Source: Hydrolagus affinis
Taxonomy: Eukaryota
Assembly (NCBI GenBank): GCA_012026655.1
Contig: JAAILG010001238.1
Location: 1 to 64,000 of the forward strand
Length of the DNA stretch: 64,000 bases
Direction of reading: 5' to 3'
The position numbers and the translations under genes are program-made. Below are positions 25,531 to 38,758 of the stretch, one piece after another (the stretch's first letter is position 1; each line of letters opens with the position of its first letter). Below the pieces are notes generated by a model that worked only from the letters and a program-made list of their open reading frames with translations, did not search any database and was not told the DNA's origin.

Positions 25531-27489
25531 TACCAGCTGAGTCCAAAATTTGTCTGTCCACAGTTCTCAAGATGGATGGCACCATTGATATGTAGAGTGC
25601 ATGGAACAATAACAACAACAAGTTGCACTTAAACAGCACCCCCAGGCAGGGTAGCATCTTAGAGCACTTGAGCTCTGTGATTGAGGAACCTTCTGTGGAT
25701 TCAGAAGAGATTTTTCTGGCAAACTTTGATCTGTAAAAAAATCAATGCTACAACAATCGGCACCAAGCCTGGTCAACTTAAAATCACGATCTTTTACGAT
25801 AGAATTGAATACAGCAGTTGATATATAAAGATGGTGATCAGTCTTATCCGACCGATGTGAGTTACTTCAATAGAAAGCGATAAAGAAAATTAAAAATGTT
25901 TATTGGATTTAGCTCCAGCAGTAAATACTAATCAATCCACTTACTGCTTAGGATATATATCTTTAAGCAAAGTACCGCATGCTGTATAATGAAAACTTGC
26001 CCGGTCATTTGACTTCATTTTGTCTCTTCCTGTGAATGTAAATAGTAAATAACAATCTGAATATGAATAAACAGAATTTGTATTAAGGTTCTTGTAATAT
26101 ACTTATAGCTTTGTATATAATCAGATTCTTCCAATTGTTGCATTTTATTATATTTTCTAGCATCTGTTCAAGAGGATGACATTAGTGTAGGACTGTAGTA
26201 CATAGTAAATAGTGCTGAAATGCTAAATCCAAAAGCAAGCGGTCAAATGGCTGGTGGATTTGTGCTGAAGCATTAGGATAACAAAACTTTCTTGTAAACC
26301 TTCATCAGATGCATGGGATGAGTTACCTAATACAGTACATCTATCTCATGTACTGAAATGTACTTCAGCACATAAATTATGAATGCACTGAACACATCTT
26401 TGTTGCTTTTGGCAATCCTCCATGGGTGCTAATATCAATTTTAAGGTTGATGGTCCAAATGTCCACACAATGTTCCCTCATCCAAGAAATGTGCCAAGGG
26501 ATAAGGTAACTTTTTTTTAGGTCAAATATCATTCCAATGCTGCCTATTATTTGATTAGAGTAATGGGTAACAAACAGCCATGAATTTTATTTATCAAAAT
26601 GAGAAAACCTACTTATATAAAATGCAGCATTCAGCAAAAAAACATTCAACTACCATTTAATTGGTATTTTCTTGAATTAATTGCAGACAGAAATGGGTGA
26701 ATTTGTTCCCATTGACTTGGAATGGAAAAATAATTATGCTTTTAAAATAAAGCATGTACTGTTTGGCATTAGGTGTGCTCGATGTTTTGCAAATTGAATA
26801 AATTACTATTGCCAGAGTTCTCCCACAGTTCATTTAAACTCCTTGGAATATGAAACCGGCCATATTGGTGCATTATATTGATTCTTAAATTGATAAAGTG
26901 AGTGAGTAGACTTCCCCTAATTTGAACACTACTGTAATTTGTTTTTGTGAGGCTACCGTGATGAATTAATATGGTATTGATCAGATATAGAGCTCTCCTG
27001 GCTTCTGGTTTCTGTTTTCACTCCTCTTCAAGTGGTTCAATAGGAATTATAGCAGTATGCAACAACAACTGCTGAACATAAATGTTAGCTTCTGATTTTG
27101 TTTGGGCTCATGGATGAAATGTGCTACCCTTGGTCTTACAAAATTAAACACGATAAAAACTACAGAGGAATTGGACCAGCTAGAAGCTGCTTGGAGGGTG
27201 GGGTGGTGGGACCTGCGAGTATTTAGGCTGGGCGCCACTCAATACCCAGGTCTAGGTGAGTGAGCCTGGGAGAAACCATCCACAATAACGTGGATCTGGG
27301 AGAGAAGAGGAGATGGGGTATGTAAAATAGACCGGGTAGAAACAATGGCCAGCTCCCATGTAATGCAGACCTGATCTCCAGCTACTGACTGACTGTGAAG
27401 CTACTTGTTTCCAAACAACTACAATATACATATTTATGTTTAAGCTTTGACAGCATGGTGTTGTGGCTCATGTCAAGACTAATTTTGAG

Positions 27490-27555
27490 GGACATTAAAG
27501 ATTACCTGCCCTAGCATTAATTGAAAGGAGAAGGGGAGTTTCTCCCAGGCAATCT
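27490..27555 (+). mobile_element. Possible DeuSINE central-domain fragment
   Basis: gacattaaagatt...gaaaggagaaggggagtttctcccagg resembles 31770-31830. Confidence 0.4.
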
Positions 27556-28225
27556 ACACCGCAAAACTACAGTCCAGCTCTGGCCTGACCACACTTGGGA
27601 GTCCAGGCTTCTGCTCTGGTTACATGTGGGATTATGTAGCTCAGTGGTTAGAACACTTGCCTGTCAAGGAAGAGAACCTATAACAAATGCAAAGATTATT
27701 ATCATTATAACCCAGGTTTGATTCTCATTAGGACAAAAGATTGGATGAGTTTCCTTGCTCCACACTTCTCTGTTCACCTAGCAGCGATTAGGAACCGGGT
27801 CATTATTCGATTGATGGATCGTTTTCTGGTGGAAATAGTCCCTTAAAAATATTGGGTCTCTCAATTCACAACTGTTTATGGGACACTATTGTGTCATTTT
27901 GGCTGCTACATTTTGCCTACAAAAAGTACAGTCAATTCACTTTGCAGTATATTCTGTGAGGCGTTTTGAAACGTCTCGAAGACGTGCTGAAGTGCTACAG
28001 TAAAATCTCGATAATTTGGCAAGCTTCGGCCCCGCACCTCGCGGATTTCGGAGTTTGCCGGTGTTTAGAAACCTACCTAGAAATGGCTGGGAGAGCTCTG
28101 CCCCTGTAAACACAGTCCTGAAGCCAAACAATGCCTGAGCTCTACCTACATCGCCGCATGCTACGATCCTACCCTTATCCCGACTCCTCCCCTTGCCATC
28201 TTTTCCTCTTTTTCCGCTAATCACA

Positions 28226-28422
28226 CTTCCATGACTGTTTGTGGGACACTGCTGTGCTCAATTTGGCTGCTGCGTTTCGCCCACAAATATACAGTCAATC
28301 TTCCTACTCTTCTTCATCTTGCCCCTCCCCTTCCCTTCCCCCACCCCGCTCTTGTCCCTACCTGACTGTCGCGCCTTGGTACGTCCTCTCGACGTGAAAG
28401 GTGCTATATAAATGTAAGTTTG

Positions 28423-28454
<32 letters not shown>

Positions 28455-28462
28455 GATTGATT
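28226..28462 (+). mobile_element. SINE body fragment fused to an L2-type 3' UTR ending in (GATT)n
   Basis: SINE body ccatgactgtttgtgggacac...cagtcaat, then a pyrimidine tract, gcgccttggtacgtcctctcgacgtgaaaggtgctatataaatg and about 10 GATT units. Confidence 0.8.
28423..28462 (+). repeat. (GATT)n microsatellite
   Basis: About 10 tandem GATT units, one of them GAAT. Confidence 0.95.
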
Positions 28463-29049
28463 ACAAAGTGACCACGCCGGAAACTGCAAGCAGCCATTCT
28501 GAACTTCGGGAGCTTTGCTAGACATCGGAAGAATCTAATACAGTATGTATTTTGAAATCTTGCCAGTTTTAGGGAGTTGCCAGCTTCCATAATGTCAGAA
28601 TATTGCAGTTTTACTTATATCAAATGCAGGATTATTTTTGTTCTTATGGAAAAGACATGCTGAAAAAAACAGAGATACTGTAACAATCATTACAAGATCT
28701 TGACTTTCAAGAAGTGAAGCTTGAGGTCAGTTTCTGTGAAAATATGCATCATTAACGGAAGAGAATTAATAATTGGGAGTAGCTATAGGCTACTATTCTG
28801 AAAGGTTGTAATTGAAAAGCACTATAACAAATGCGAGGGTTATTATTATTATTATTATTGGCGTAACAAGAGGTTGCACCTATGAGTGCACTATGCCAAT
28901 CCATAGTATTCTTTAAATTTCCCCAAATTGGCAAGAAGAATGGAGGAACCATCCAACATGACATGGCAATAGAGGTAATGAAGTGGCATAGGGTGAACCT
29001 GGAGAGATGCCATACACAATTTAAAATGCATCGCTGAGACTGAGATTCT

Positions 29050-29265
29050 GTGCAGCCTGAAAGTCGGGTAAAGCTAAGTGCCAGGAATTCTAAAACCATT
29101 GGATTTAATGTTGTGCCATGGTCTGCAGTAAGGCATAATAAAATTAATGACCCGGATTTCAGAAGAGCTGATTTCAAATACATAATGGAGAAACGAGGGA
29201 GGATAAATTGGGTAATAATGATTGGAGTAAAAATATTTTCAAGGGCAAATCTAGAGGGGTTGCAA
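29050..29265 (+). mobile_element. Old CR1 ORF2 internal remnant
   Basis: ORF 29050..29340 DFRRADFKYIMEKRGRINW resembles the post-endonuclease CR1 motif (cf. LNWKKANFSELKRDLAKVDW at 3420-3480). Confidence 0.55.
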
Positions 29266-31632
29266 TTTAACTTGCATTGCAAAAAAAAACTGCTTCCTCC
29301 TACTGCCTTTCACTCACGACCTGCTGTCTGTGAATGCTAAGATAGAGACTTAAACACTGAAACAAACGTGCAAATATATTGTGTACACTTACACATCAGT
29401 TCAATTGCACTGAGCATACACATACAGCATGTACAGTTTCAGTCAGTTAACTACTTTGCTGAGAGAGCCACATCCTGGAATAGAAGGAGCAGCTATAGTA
29501 ACCTAAGAAGCCAGATTCAATTGCAAACCTTACATGTCTCAGGAAAAAGACGAAAGGGATGTCCTTGCTCACCTTACTAGAAGTAAAGGGAGAATTAATT
29601 GTAAGTCCTGAAATTTTTTTAATTTTTTTTTACAATGGAGATAATATCATATAATTTGCTCTACTTCCAATATGCAGTAGCCAAATTACAGTATTTGAAT
29701 TTAATTTTAAAAAAGTATTTTCAAGACCTCCTCTGCTGCTGATGGAATCTTTCCTGTAAGAAATCCAAAGAGAGCAAGTAACTGGATGCCACACTGTCTT
29801 AAAATGCTTCCCTTTTTTTTTAAAAAAAAGGTCTGAATCAGGCCATCAAACTGCTTCACTGTGTTAACCTCACCCTTTCCTGTTATTGATTTTGCTTGGT
29901 TCATTTACTTGCCATTACAGCAGGATGGTTCTGTGACAGAAAGCATGACCACATACCCTCAGGACAAATCACTCACAAGAATTTTAACTCCCGATAAGGT
30001 TTTATTCAGTGCTTTCAATTGCCTCAGGAATAAAGCTATAATGCTACGAGTGCACTTTTTTGTTGTTTGTCTTCCCCCCGGAAGGAAAAGCTGACTGTTC
30101 GTTTTCCTCACTGAGGTTTTGATCGCTCATAGAGACACCACTGTGATACTTACATTTAATTATTGATATTTGATAATGGTTAAGCAAAATGTAGGGTTAA
30201 ACTTGATGATAAAAATTCAAATAATTCCTGATTAAGAACATATTTCCATTCCCTATCGCACCATGGAGAGATATTTCAGCAGGTTTCGTTCTGGATTTGT
30301 GAGCTGTGTCACTGGAGATAAGCATCTAGGGAATACAAGATATAATGAATATAGGTGCAGCACTTCAACTAATGTAAGAGAATGTGTGTTAATACTTAGG
30401 TTCATAAGACTAAGCAGACATGTTTACCCCCAGGATATCTTGCCTCATTTATCACTCATGTTATTCTCATGAAAGCATGGAAAGGAAGAAAGTGCACACA
30501 ATTAAGGAATATTTGAAGTCTGCGACCTTGTCTTATTGTACTTTTATTCCATCTACCATAGAGCAGATAGTATCTGATACATCTATGTAGTGTGTGGGAT
30601 ATTGACAATTAGGTAGCCCTTGATCATTGAGATCTCTACAATGTGATACATGTCAACATGTCCAATCAATGCATGCTGAGATTGGGTAGAAGGAATATTT
30701 TCAGATGGAACTGCTATTTCACAGGCTCTTACGTACAAAGTTTGGTTCCAATTTCCCGAAATGGAAATGTGTCAACTTTTAGAGTACTCATTAGACAGGC
30801 TAGGAAGGAGAATGGTAAGAATCCTCATCCAGAGAGTCTTTTAATAATTCCTGAAGAGATTCTCCTTGAAGTGAATTCAGAGGTGGCGGCACTTGCAGAT
30901 GCTCGCTTTGCCATTCAGTGTCATATTAAAAAAATGAAATTAACTGACTTTGTTGGGAGAAATAAAACCACAATTGTTTTGCTTACAGAGCCTATATGAG
31001 CCTGATGGAGCGGCCTTCCTGTTCCTCTTAAATAACTGGAGAGTGGATGGCCGGAGATCTGATGACAGTTTGTTTGAAAGACTTAATGGTGTATTAGTAA
31101 GAATACTAAACAAACACAAGTCTAACAAGATCCTTAAGAAGACCATTTTAAAGAGACAGATCCATGTTATCTTGCAGCACCAGTGAAAAATATATTGTGA
31201 TCCACTTCTGAGCAGGATGACAGGAAACTATCAATATATACTGAAATAGTGGCAAGGTTGAAATGAATAGCGGGGACAGACTTTGATTGTCACAAAGTCA
31301 AACGATAGTAAACGTGACCTTATAGTCATACCTTTGCTACGTGAAAAGAGGTCACAAGTAAGACGAGACATCAGATAAAGAATAGCTCAGCATTGACATG
31401 ACAGTTGAAAAGTAAGCTTTCAGTACATATTATGATGGCCAGCATACCAAAGGAACACTGCATTGAGACACCACATAAACAATCCCTAGTAACTCCTTCC
31501 AATCCCATATAGATTTATTGTAAAATAAATAAATTTTCTTGCCATGAAATCAACACAAAATTGTTAGTTAATTCATCGGAACAAAATGTTTAGCATATTC
31601 AATTTAAGAATAATCACATAGCATTAAATATT

Positions 31633-32017
31633 AAGGCTGTGGGTTCAAGCTGCACATCGGGACTTTAAGCTTGTTGTGTAGTCCAGTGCAATACGAAGGG
31701 AGCACCGCTTTCTTAGCGGTGCCTTCTTAAGGTTGAAAGTTTAAACCAAGATCCCATTTGTCTGTTTAAGTGGATGTTAAGGATTCCATGGCATGTTTTG
31801 AAAAGAGAAAGGAGTTTCCCCCAGTGTCCTGACCAACAATCCATCATATTAAATAAATCATTCAGTTCATGACTGTTCATGGACATTACTGTGAGCAAAT
31901 TAGCTGCCGTGTCCTACTATAAATACATAGCAACTACACTTTACTGTAAGTCCCGTGAAGCACTTTCACGTTTTGACATGATAAAGCACTATATCAAATG
32001 CAAGGAGTATTATTATG
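31633..32017 (+). mobile_element. DeuSINE-like (SacSINE1/AmnSINE1-type) ancient SINE
   Basis: gtgggttcaag B box; ggtgcc...ttaaacc.ag.tccc.t.tgtctg...gtggatgttaaggattccatggca...ggagtttccccagtgtcctg resembles the Deu domain as I recall it; it ends in the same gtgaagcacttt...aaatgcaagg tail. Confidence 0.72.
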
Positions 32018-32892
32018 TACGCAAGATGTTTCTCATCATATATCACATTTTAATTTTCTTACCTCTTACTTGGTTGCGATACCACTCACACAAAAAATGG
32101 AATTCATGTTTTTGAGTTACCAATATAGCCACTTCACTGTCAATTGTTTTTATAAATGCCTTTTAAGATAATGCATTACTCTGCGGACCATTACCTCCCA
32201 GTGCAGAACTAACAATTTGAAACATACATTTCAGTTTAAAGGTGTGGAAGTCACCTTCACACTCCACTAAGCAATATTGGCTAAACTCACTTTTTTGAAT
32301 GACTTATTAGGAAGCAGTGCCAATGACAACTTTTACATGGAGCCTTCCTGAGAATGTTATGGATGTGCGACTTGCTAGAAAGTACTTTATTTTTAAATGA
32401 TGGCACTTTATAATCAACTGTACAGTTAAAAAATTTAATCATATTCCAGAATCTGTGTTACCGCTAAAGTGCTGGCAATATATTTTAGTTGAGGATTGTA
32501 ATGTACATGAGATTTTATGTACTGCCTTTTGGAAATGGAAAATAATTGGTGGAAAGAGGCTGATATTATTGGATGGACTAGTCAGTGCAAAACTGTACAC
32601 TTTCAGGGTGACTATTGCCAGTCCTGACTTAGGAGTAAGGTGATCAGAGAGAAGGTGCATTTATTTTGTCATTCAAGCCCAACTCCTATTGAGACAACAA
32701 ATGCGTGCTATGGATACTGATACTATGGATGCTATGGATTCCTGAGAGACAGTTATTGTATTCTAAAAATTTGATCTCACAACTAAGAAGCACACGATGA
32801 TCTTCAAGAAGAGAAACAAGAAAAATATATATTCTTAACATGAAGAGAATGTGGGAAGCTGTTGTGGAAGCAGAAAATATATCTGCATATTT

Positions 32893-33303
32893 TAGAAGAA
32901 AACTTATTCTCCTTGAAGCCGAGAAGGTTAAGAGGAGACTTAATAGAAGTTTTCAAAATTATGAGGGGATTTGATAGGGTGAACAAGGAGAAAATATTTC
33001 CACTAGCGGGTGGGTTAGTAACCTGAGGACACCAATTTAAAATAGTTAAAACAACAGAGGGGAGGTGAGGAGAATTTTTTTCATGCAGTGAGTTGTTCGG
33101 ATCTGGAATGCATTGCGTGAAAGGGTGGTGAAGCCAATTCAATAACAACTTTTCAGAGAGAAGTACTTGTAGTTAGTTATTTGGGTAGGACAGGTTTGCA
33201 GGTATGGGGTGAGTGGGATTGATTTGGACAGCTCTTTTCAAAGAGCCGGCACAGAGACTATGGGCTGAACATATGTGCTGCATAATTCCATGATTCTATG
33301 AAT
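32893..33303 (+). mobile_element. CR1 LINE 3' fragment
   Basis: Translates LFSLKPRRLRGDLIEVFKIMRGFDRVNKEKIFPL; UTR caaagagccggcacag...tgattctatga. Confidence 0.93.
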
Positions 33304-33329
33304 ATGTATTATATATATTTATAATATGA

Positions 33330-33505
33330 TAATAATAATCCTTGCATTTGACATAGCGATTTTCACATCGTATCAACGTCTCAAAGCTCTTCACAGAATA
33401 TACTGTAAAGTGGATTGACTGTATATTTGTGGGCAAAATGCGGCAGCCAATTGCAAACAGCATGTCCCACAAACAATCATGGATTGAAATGACCAATTTT
33501 ATTAT
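33330..33505 (-). mobile_element. SINE, 5'-truncated
   Basis: Reverse complement of the tail and body through ggattgaaatgaccaatttt. Confidence 0.92.
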
Positions 33506-35399
33506 ATAATAAATAATAAGATTTTTCTGGTAGCATTGTATATTATTATTCTATGTTGTGTCTGTATAAAACCAATTAAAGTTTGCATTAACTCATGTAA
33601 AATATAATAATAAAGAACCATATAGATTTGGAACTCCTATTTATAGATGTGTTTGATGTACTTTTTTTTAGAGTTATGGCATGGGGGATGTAAGAGATAA
33701 AATCAACCAAACAGCCAGTTCAAGTAAGTCATTTAAGAAATAAAACTGCTTTCGGCATTCTATCCAGATGACAGCGACACATTTTTCTCACATCTAACTA
33801 TGTGTCATCTGTGACTTTAATTGCTTCCAAAACTGTCAAAGCAGAGTTCATACTGATAAGATTGTCCAAATGAATAAAGAAATCACAACCGTTTAGCGCC
33901 ACATTCCAAATAAACTTAGTTGGGAATGGACTTTCAGAGTTTGTTGAACAAATGGCTTTTTAATAAAAAAAGAAAGTGGCAATTTATGCTGGTTCAAGTT
34001 GGAAATGGTGGTGAATAGCTTCATTGACTTAAATGGTGTTTCACTTCATTTCACTTCACAAGCAGTCACCCATTACCACCGTGTTAAACCAGCGTCAGGA
34101 AATGTAATGAAGTACCTATCGGAACAGCTCACTGCCAATTATATTAAAGAAAAGAGTTGCACACCTTCCCAACTTTGAATCTTTTTTTAAAAACATTATT
34201 CCATTTCTCCCCACAACTGCCACACACCATTTGCTCCCTATCAGAAGGGCAGCCAGACAACTGCTTCCGGGCTTCTGCCAAAGTCACTGTTGATAAAACT
34301 GGTAGGAAAAAACTGCCTGGTTGACTCATTTGCCAATTTTCCCTCACTCCCCGGGGGTGAATGTTCCAAAACAATACATAAAGAAGACTGTACAATAAAA
34401 GAAGACATTTAGAAATTGGAAAAAAAACACTTGATTTTAATGCGTTCCTTCTGTTCTCGAGGTCACAGCCATCCCCTTTTCTTCTAACTCCACATCAGAC
34501 AATAAATACTCAACATCTCCTTGCCTACAGCAGTCATTCATTCTCCCCTTATCAAGGCTAGAGTGACGCAACGCTTTAAAAATTTCCTTAAGAAATTATT
34601 TGTTTCAAACTTCTCAAAAATCAAGAACTTGTGTCAATTTTTTGGTGTCAAATCCGACACACAGCAATTTATAAGGGATATTTTATTTTTACCGACGATT
34701 GGTGGAGAAGCTCATCTCCATTCAAAAAACTCTACCTCACTTGTGCTTTGGTAAGTGGTATTGTGTTGTGAATAGGAAGGTAATACAGTACATATATGTA
34801 GCTCAGTTGATAATCAAGTTGCTAAAGGTGCTACTTGGTGTAGAGCAAAGTTAAACAAATCACCCCCTGTTGAAATGATCCATTATGCTTTGAATACCTT
34901 TCAGGGGCTTCTTAATCATGACAGGATACGCACAGTAGTTTGATGAGAGTTAGCATTTTCCTTTTATGAGGCAGAACTCTAGTAAATCTGTCAATCCCCT
35001 CTCTGCTTCCAACACCATTTCACCAACATCTAAAAAGCTAGCAGCTTTCATGGAATCTGAAAGGCAATTATTGCAGAGAGTAGACAGCAATACCATTTGC
35101 TGGGAAAGTATGTAAAATTATCTGCCAGCCAGGCTATCACCCATTTCATTCTTCTTAACTGAATCAAGACTTGAGTTTCAAACTCCAGCATCAAAACCTG
35201 AAGCTCGGTTTGACAACAAAATAGTGCAGTTGAGAGTTTGAACATCTGGCAACCTATAAACTGTGCCGTCATTCGAAGGAAATTTAGGCGCACTTTCATA
35301 TGAATCCTATGAGTATTAGTTAGGCATAGGTTGGCACTAGCCAAAGCTTGGGAATCTCAGTGTGTGGTGAAGTAACTGTTAGAGTTTAACCAGCTAAAA

Positions 35400-35525
35400 G
35401 TGGATAGCTTGCCATGAATTTGCCTGCAAATATACAACCAGTATATTTTACAGCATTACAGATTTCCCATGAAGCACTTTGAGACAGCCTCACAAAATGA
35501 AAAACAATATTTCAAATTATTATTA
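35400..35525 (+). mobile_element. Highly degenerate SINE 3' half
   Basis: tttgcctgcaaatatac...tgaagcactttgagaca...attattatt. Confidence 0.55.
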
Positions 35526-37230
35526 ACATATATATTGTTTTAATTCCGAGTTCCACTTGAGAGTAAATGGAATAATTTCCAGTCCATTTCAGAGTTATTT
35601 TGGTCTATTTTCTCATCTCATCATTACAGAGATTTCGCTATCCAGGAAACCTGGGTCAAACACTTGCAAAGCAGCCATCATTTCTATTTCTGCAGGAGGG
35701 GTGATTGGAGTAAATGTGTTTCACCATGTTAGCTATACCCTCTGTGTGGAGAGGGAACAACTTGCATTTACACGACACACCATCTGGCAGTCTGCCTGGA
35801 AAAATAACAAAATTAAGACAAATGAATTTGAGTGACAGACAGCTGTGTGACTTAACCTTCTGGCCATTAGGTGGGAAGAAAGTTGCTCAAACTACTTGAG
35901 CTGCCAGACTGCTCTCAGTTTCAGTTCAAAAGCCATCCTCTTTTTACACTGCAGCAGATCTGTGTTTGTGGAACTCCTGACTGCCGCAGACTGCCCCACG
36001 CTTGAATACTTAATCTTTAATGCTTAGGAATGCCGTAGAGATGTCAGTGCACAGGCATCACCTGTCATTCATAACACTATGCTGTTGTTCCCATTTTATT
36101 GGCAAAACATTTGGGATTATGCGGTGGGAAGGAGAAGGTTCACATTCAGTCAAAACTACTATTTGCATCTCCATAATTTTGAGCTACAATTAACCACTCA
36201 GGTGATCACTCAGATCCCTGTCTAAATTCCCAATTCCTAACTTTTGTTTTTACGGATGTAGAAACATTGATTGGGGCTGGGAGATCCTGTCATATCTAAA
36301 GTGAAGGCAGTGGTCATTTGTTATGCAAACAGGTTGTATCCTTAAAGAAAAGAATGTCCCATCATATCTACAACTCTTCAACTCCATTCTGATATTCGAT
36401 AGAACTGCAATAATTCACAATGTGTATGTCCCAATGTGCTTCAGCGTTTTACCCACAGTAATATTATGGTAAGCAGATATTGAGAATAAAATGCATCTCA
36501 ACAATACCCTACAGATAAATAACCATTTGTTTTTCTGCTAAAATCATCACAAATATGTGCCAACTTTTAAATCATATGTTTCATTACAGACTATAAATAA
36601 ACTAATGCTGCCATGCAACCACTTAAAATAATTGGCAGTTCTTCTATTTCTTGACCACTGAAAAGCTCATGCATGAGTACAATTCAACAACTAGCTTTTC
36701 TAATGTGGATGATGAACTATGAATCTGACTTTCACATACCCTTTTGACCTATCTTAATAATATGAATTTAAAGTAGTTCAGACAAGCATTCAGTTAAATC
36801 TCTCAATAGTAAGATCCTGATTTGAAATTTGCTAAGGTGCACAATAATGGAATAGTGTTCAAGCATTTCATAGAGATAGAGATTTAAGGTCAATTAAAAT
36901 ACACCCCAGCTGAAAAGGTCACTTAATTCATGTTTCTGTAATGAAGTAAAACAAAAAGAGGAAATGAATGGAGAATTAAGATAAATGAACTTGCTATGTT
37001 TTTGTAATGTGACAGCAATTTAGAGAGTTCCACTTTAATGTACATTAAAACAGACTACAATTAGCACAATTTATTATGACCGGAAGCATTAAACCACAAG
37101 CCTGTTTTGATTTCCCATGACTAGTATATTCCTAATTGGGTGAGATGAAAATGATCATTTTCTTGATAGCTTTTTAAAATATGATAATTAAGCAGGAGTG
37201 AGTTTGATTGTTCTAAATGTATTTTCAAGG

Positions 37231-37340
37231 CAATAATACTTGCATTTGATATTGCACCTTTCACGTCATGAGGATGTCTCAAAGCAGTTCACAGAATTTG
37301 CTGTCATTTGGAGAGACTATGCAATTTGTGGGTGAATGCA
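37231..37340 (-). mobile_element. SINE, 5'-truncated, degenerate
   Basis: aataatacttgcatttgat...gtctcaaagcagttcacagaat. Confidence 0.8.
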
Positions 37341-38758
37341 CCAACACATTAAATATTGTCTGTGGTACTCACCATTTGTATATGCATTATAAACCCTAGA
37401 AGTCAAAGCCCAATTAAGTAGGCATATATTTGTGGAACTCTCAATATGGTTTGCAGATTGTGAAGGGTTTCTGTCTGTGTCAGACACCTAGCTATGCCGA
37501 AGACTATAAGATAATGTGATAACTAGGACATCACAGCTTTAATCCATTTTGATTAGAATCTTGGAATCTGTATAATCTTACATAACCTTGAAAAAGTGCA
37601 TTGCCCATGACAAATATGAAAATCTCAATGATGTGCATGATTCAGTTGATGTAATTTAACACAGCTCTAGCATGCTTTCTTCAAAACAGAATTTCACAAT
37701 TATTCACCTTTTCAAAAAATTATAATTGATTTCTACAATAGTTGATTTTGGAATGAAGGTCAATAATACAATAATCACCACAGTCTAATACAGTTCTGCA
37801 CAAAATGACATGTTGAGAGTGAACAACCCCTAAAACAGATTCTCTAAACTCTAATCAATGTATGTTTAACCTTTAAAGGTCTTCATTTCCTTTGAATATT
37901 TGTCTACAATGCTTCTCTTAATCAGTATTGGTGGACTGACCTTGCACTACTTAATCAATCACCCCCAAGGAACTGAAATAGCATCTAGCAAATTAATGCA
38001 ACACAGTATTTACTGCTGGTTTTTATTTGTTATTGTGCATTCCATTAGAAAATGCTGGTCATAGTTGTTCATTGCAGAAATATATCTTGTGAAATGTCAG
38101 AAATGTATAAACACAATTTAATTTAATTATTTTGTGGAGGAAAATGCAATCTACACTCTACAATATATGCATTTGTTAAAACCAATGCAATATATTTTCA
38201 GAATACTATATCAATGAGTAGTGAGCCTGCAATTAAAAGACTTTATTAAGATGTGAATGAATGAGCTGGCATAATAACAAAGGCAACATTTCATTTTTGT
38301 GAGAATTATTTTGTCCTTTAGCATTTTGCATAGGTCACACACACACAGCGATTTTGTTGGAATGGAAAAGAGGCAACACCGTTCTTGCAAAGTGCTACAA
38401 TCATTGCATTCTAATTAGTGAAAGGTTTGTGCTGTACGATGAATGAAAAAATAACATGTCTTTTGGTAACCTCCTCAATCAGTAACGCATGACACAAAAG
38501 GGTTACATCACTTAAGAAGTAAAAGATTACGTAAGATATTACTGTTCCCTTTCCCACCAATTAATTGTGCATTACTATTGCAACGTTACAAAGCAAGGAT
38601 AAACTTGGTGTATTGCAAACTTACAGCACACTTTTCTTCAGATTACTTTTTCCCCCGAAGCTGGTTGCAATTGAAAAAAAAGTCAATACATTGTCATTGA
38701 TTCTCTAGGTTATATTCCTCACAGGGGATTTCCAGGAATATGAACAAAACATTCATTC

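Larger units (their letters stand above)
27998..28615. mobile_element. Non-autonomous Tc1/mariner (Tigger/pogo-like) element with imperfect ~24-bp TIRs and TA target duplication
   Basis: Left end CAGTAAAATCTCGATAATTTGGCA; right end reverse complement AGTAAAACTGCAATATTCTGACA; TA on both sides; internal ggagt(t)tgcc repeats. Confidence 0.75.
27628..28640 (+). mobile_element. Long-subfamily SINE (27628-27997 plus 28616-28640) split by a nested DNA transposon
   Basis: The SINE reads ...gaagtgcTA, then resumes 618 bp later as TAtatcaaatgcaggattatt. Confidence 0.88.

Noticed and set aside
28752-29282. 176-aa minus ORF
   Set aside because: It is antisense to a CR1 remnant and a SINE tail (poly-N from (ATT)n) and has no protein-like features.
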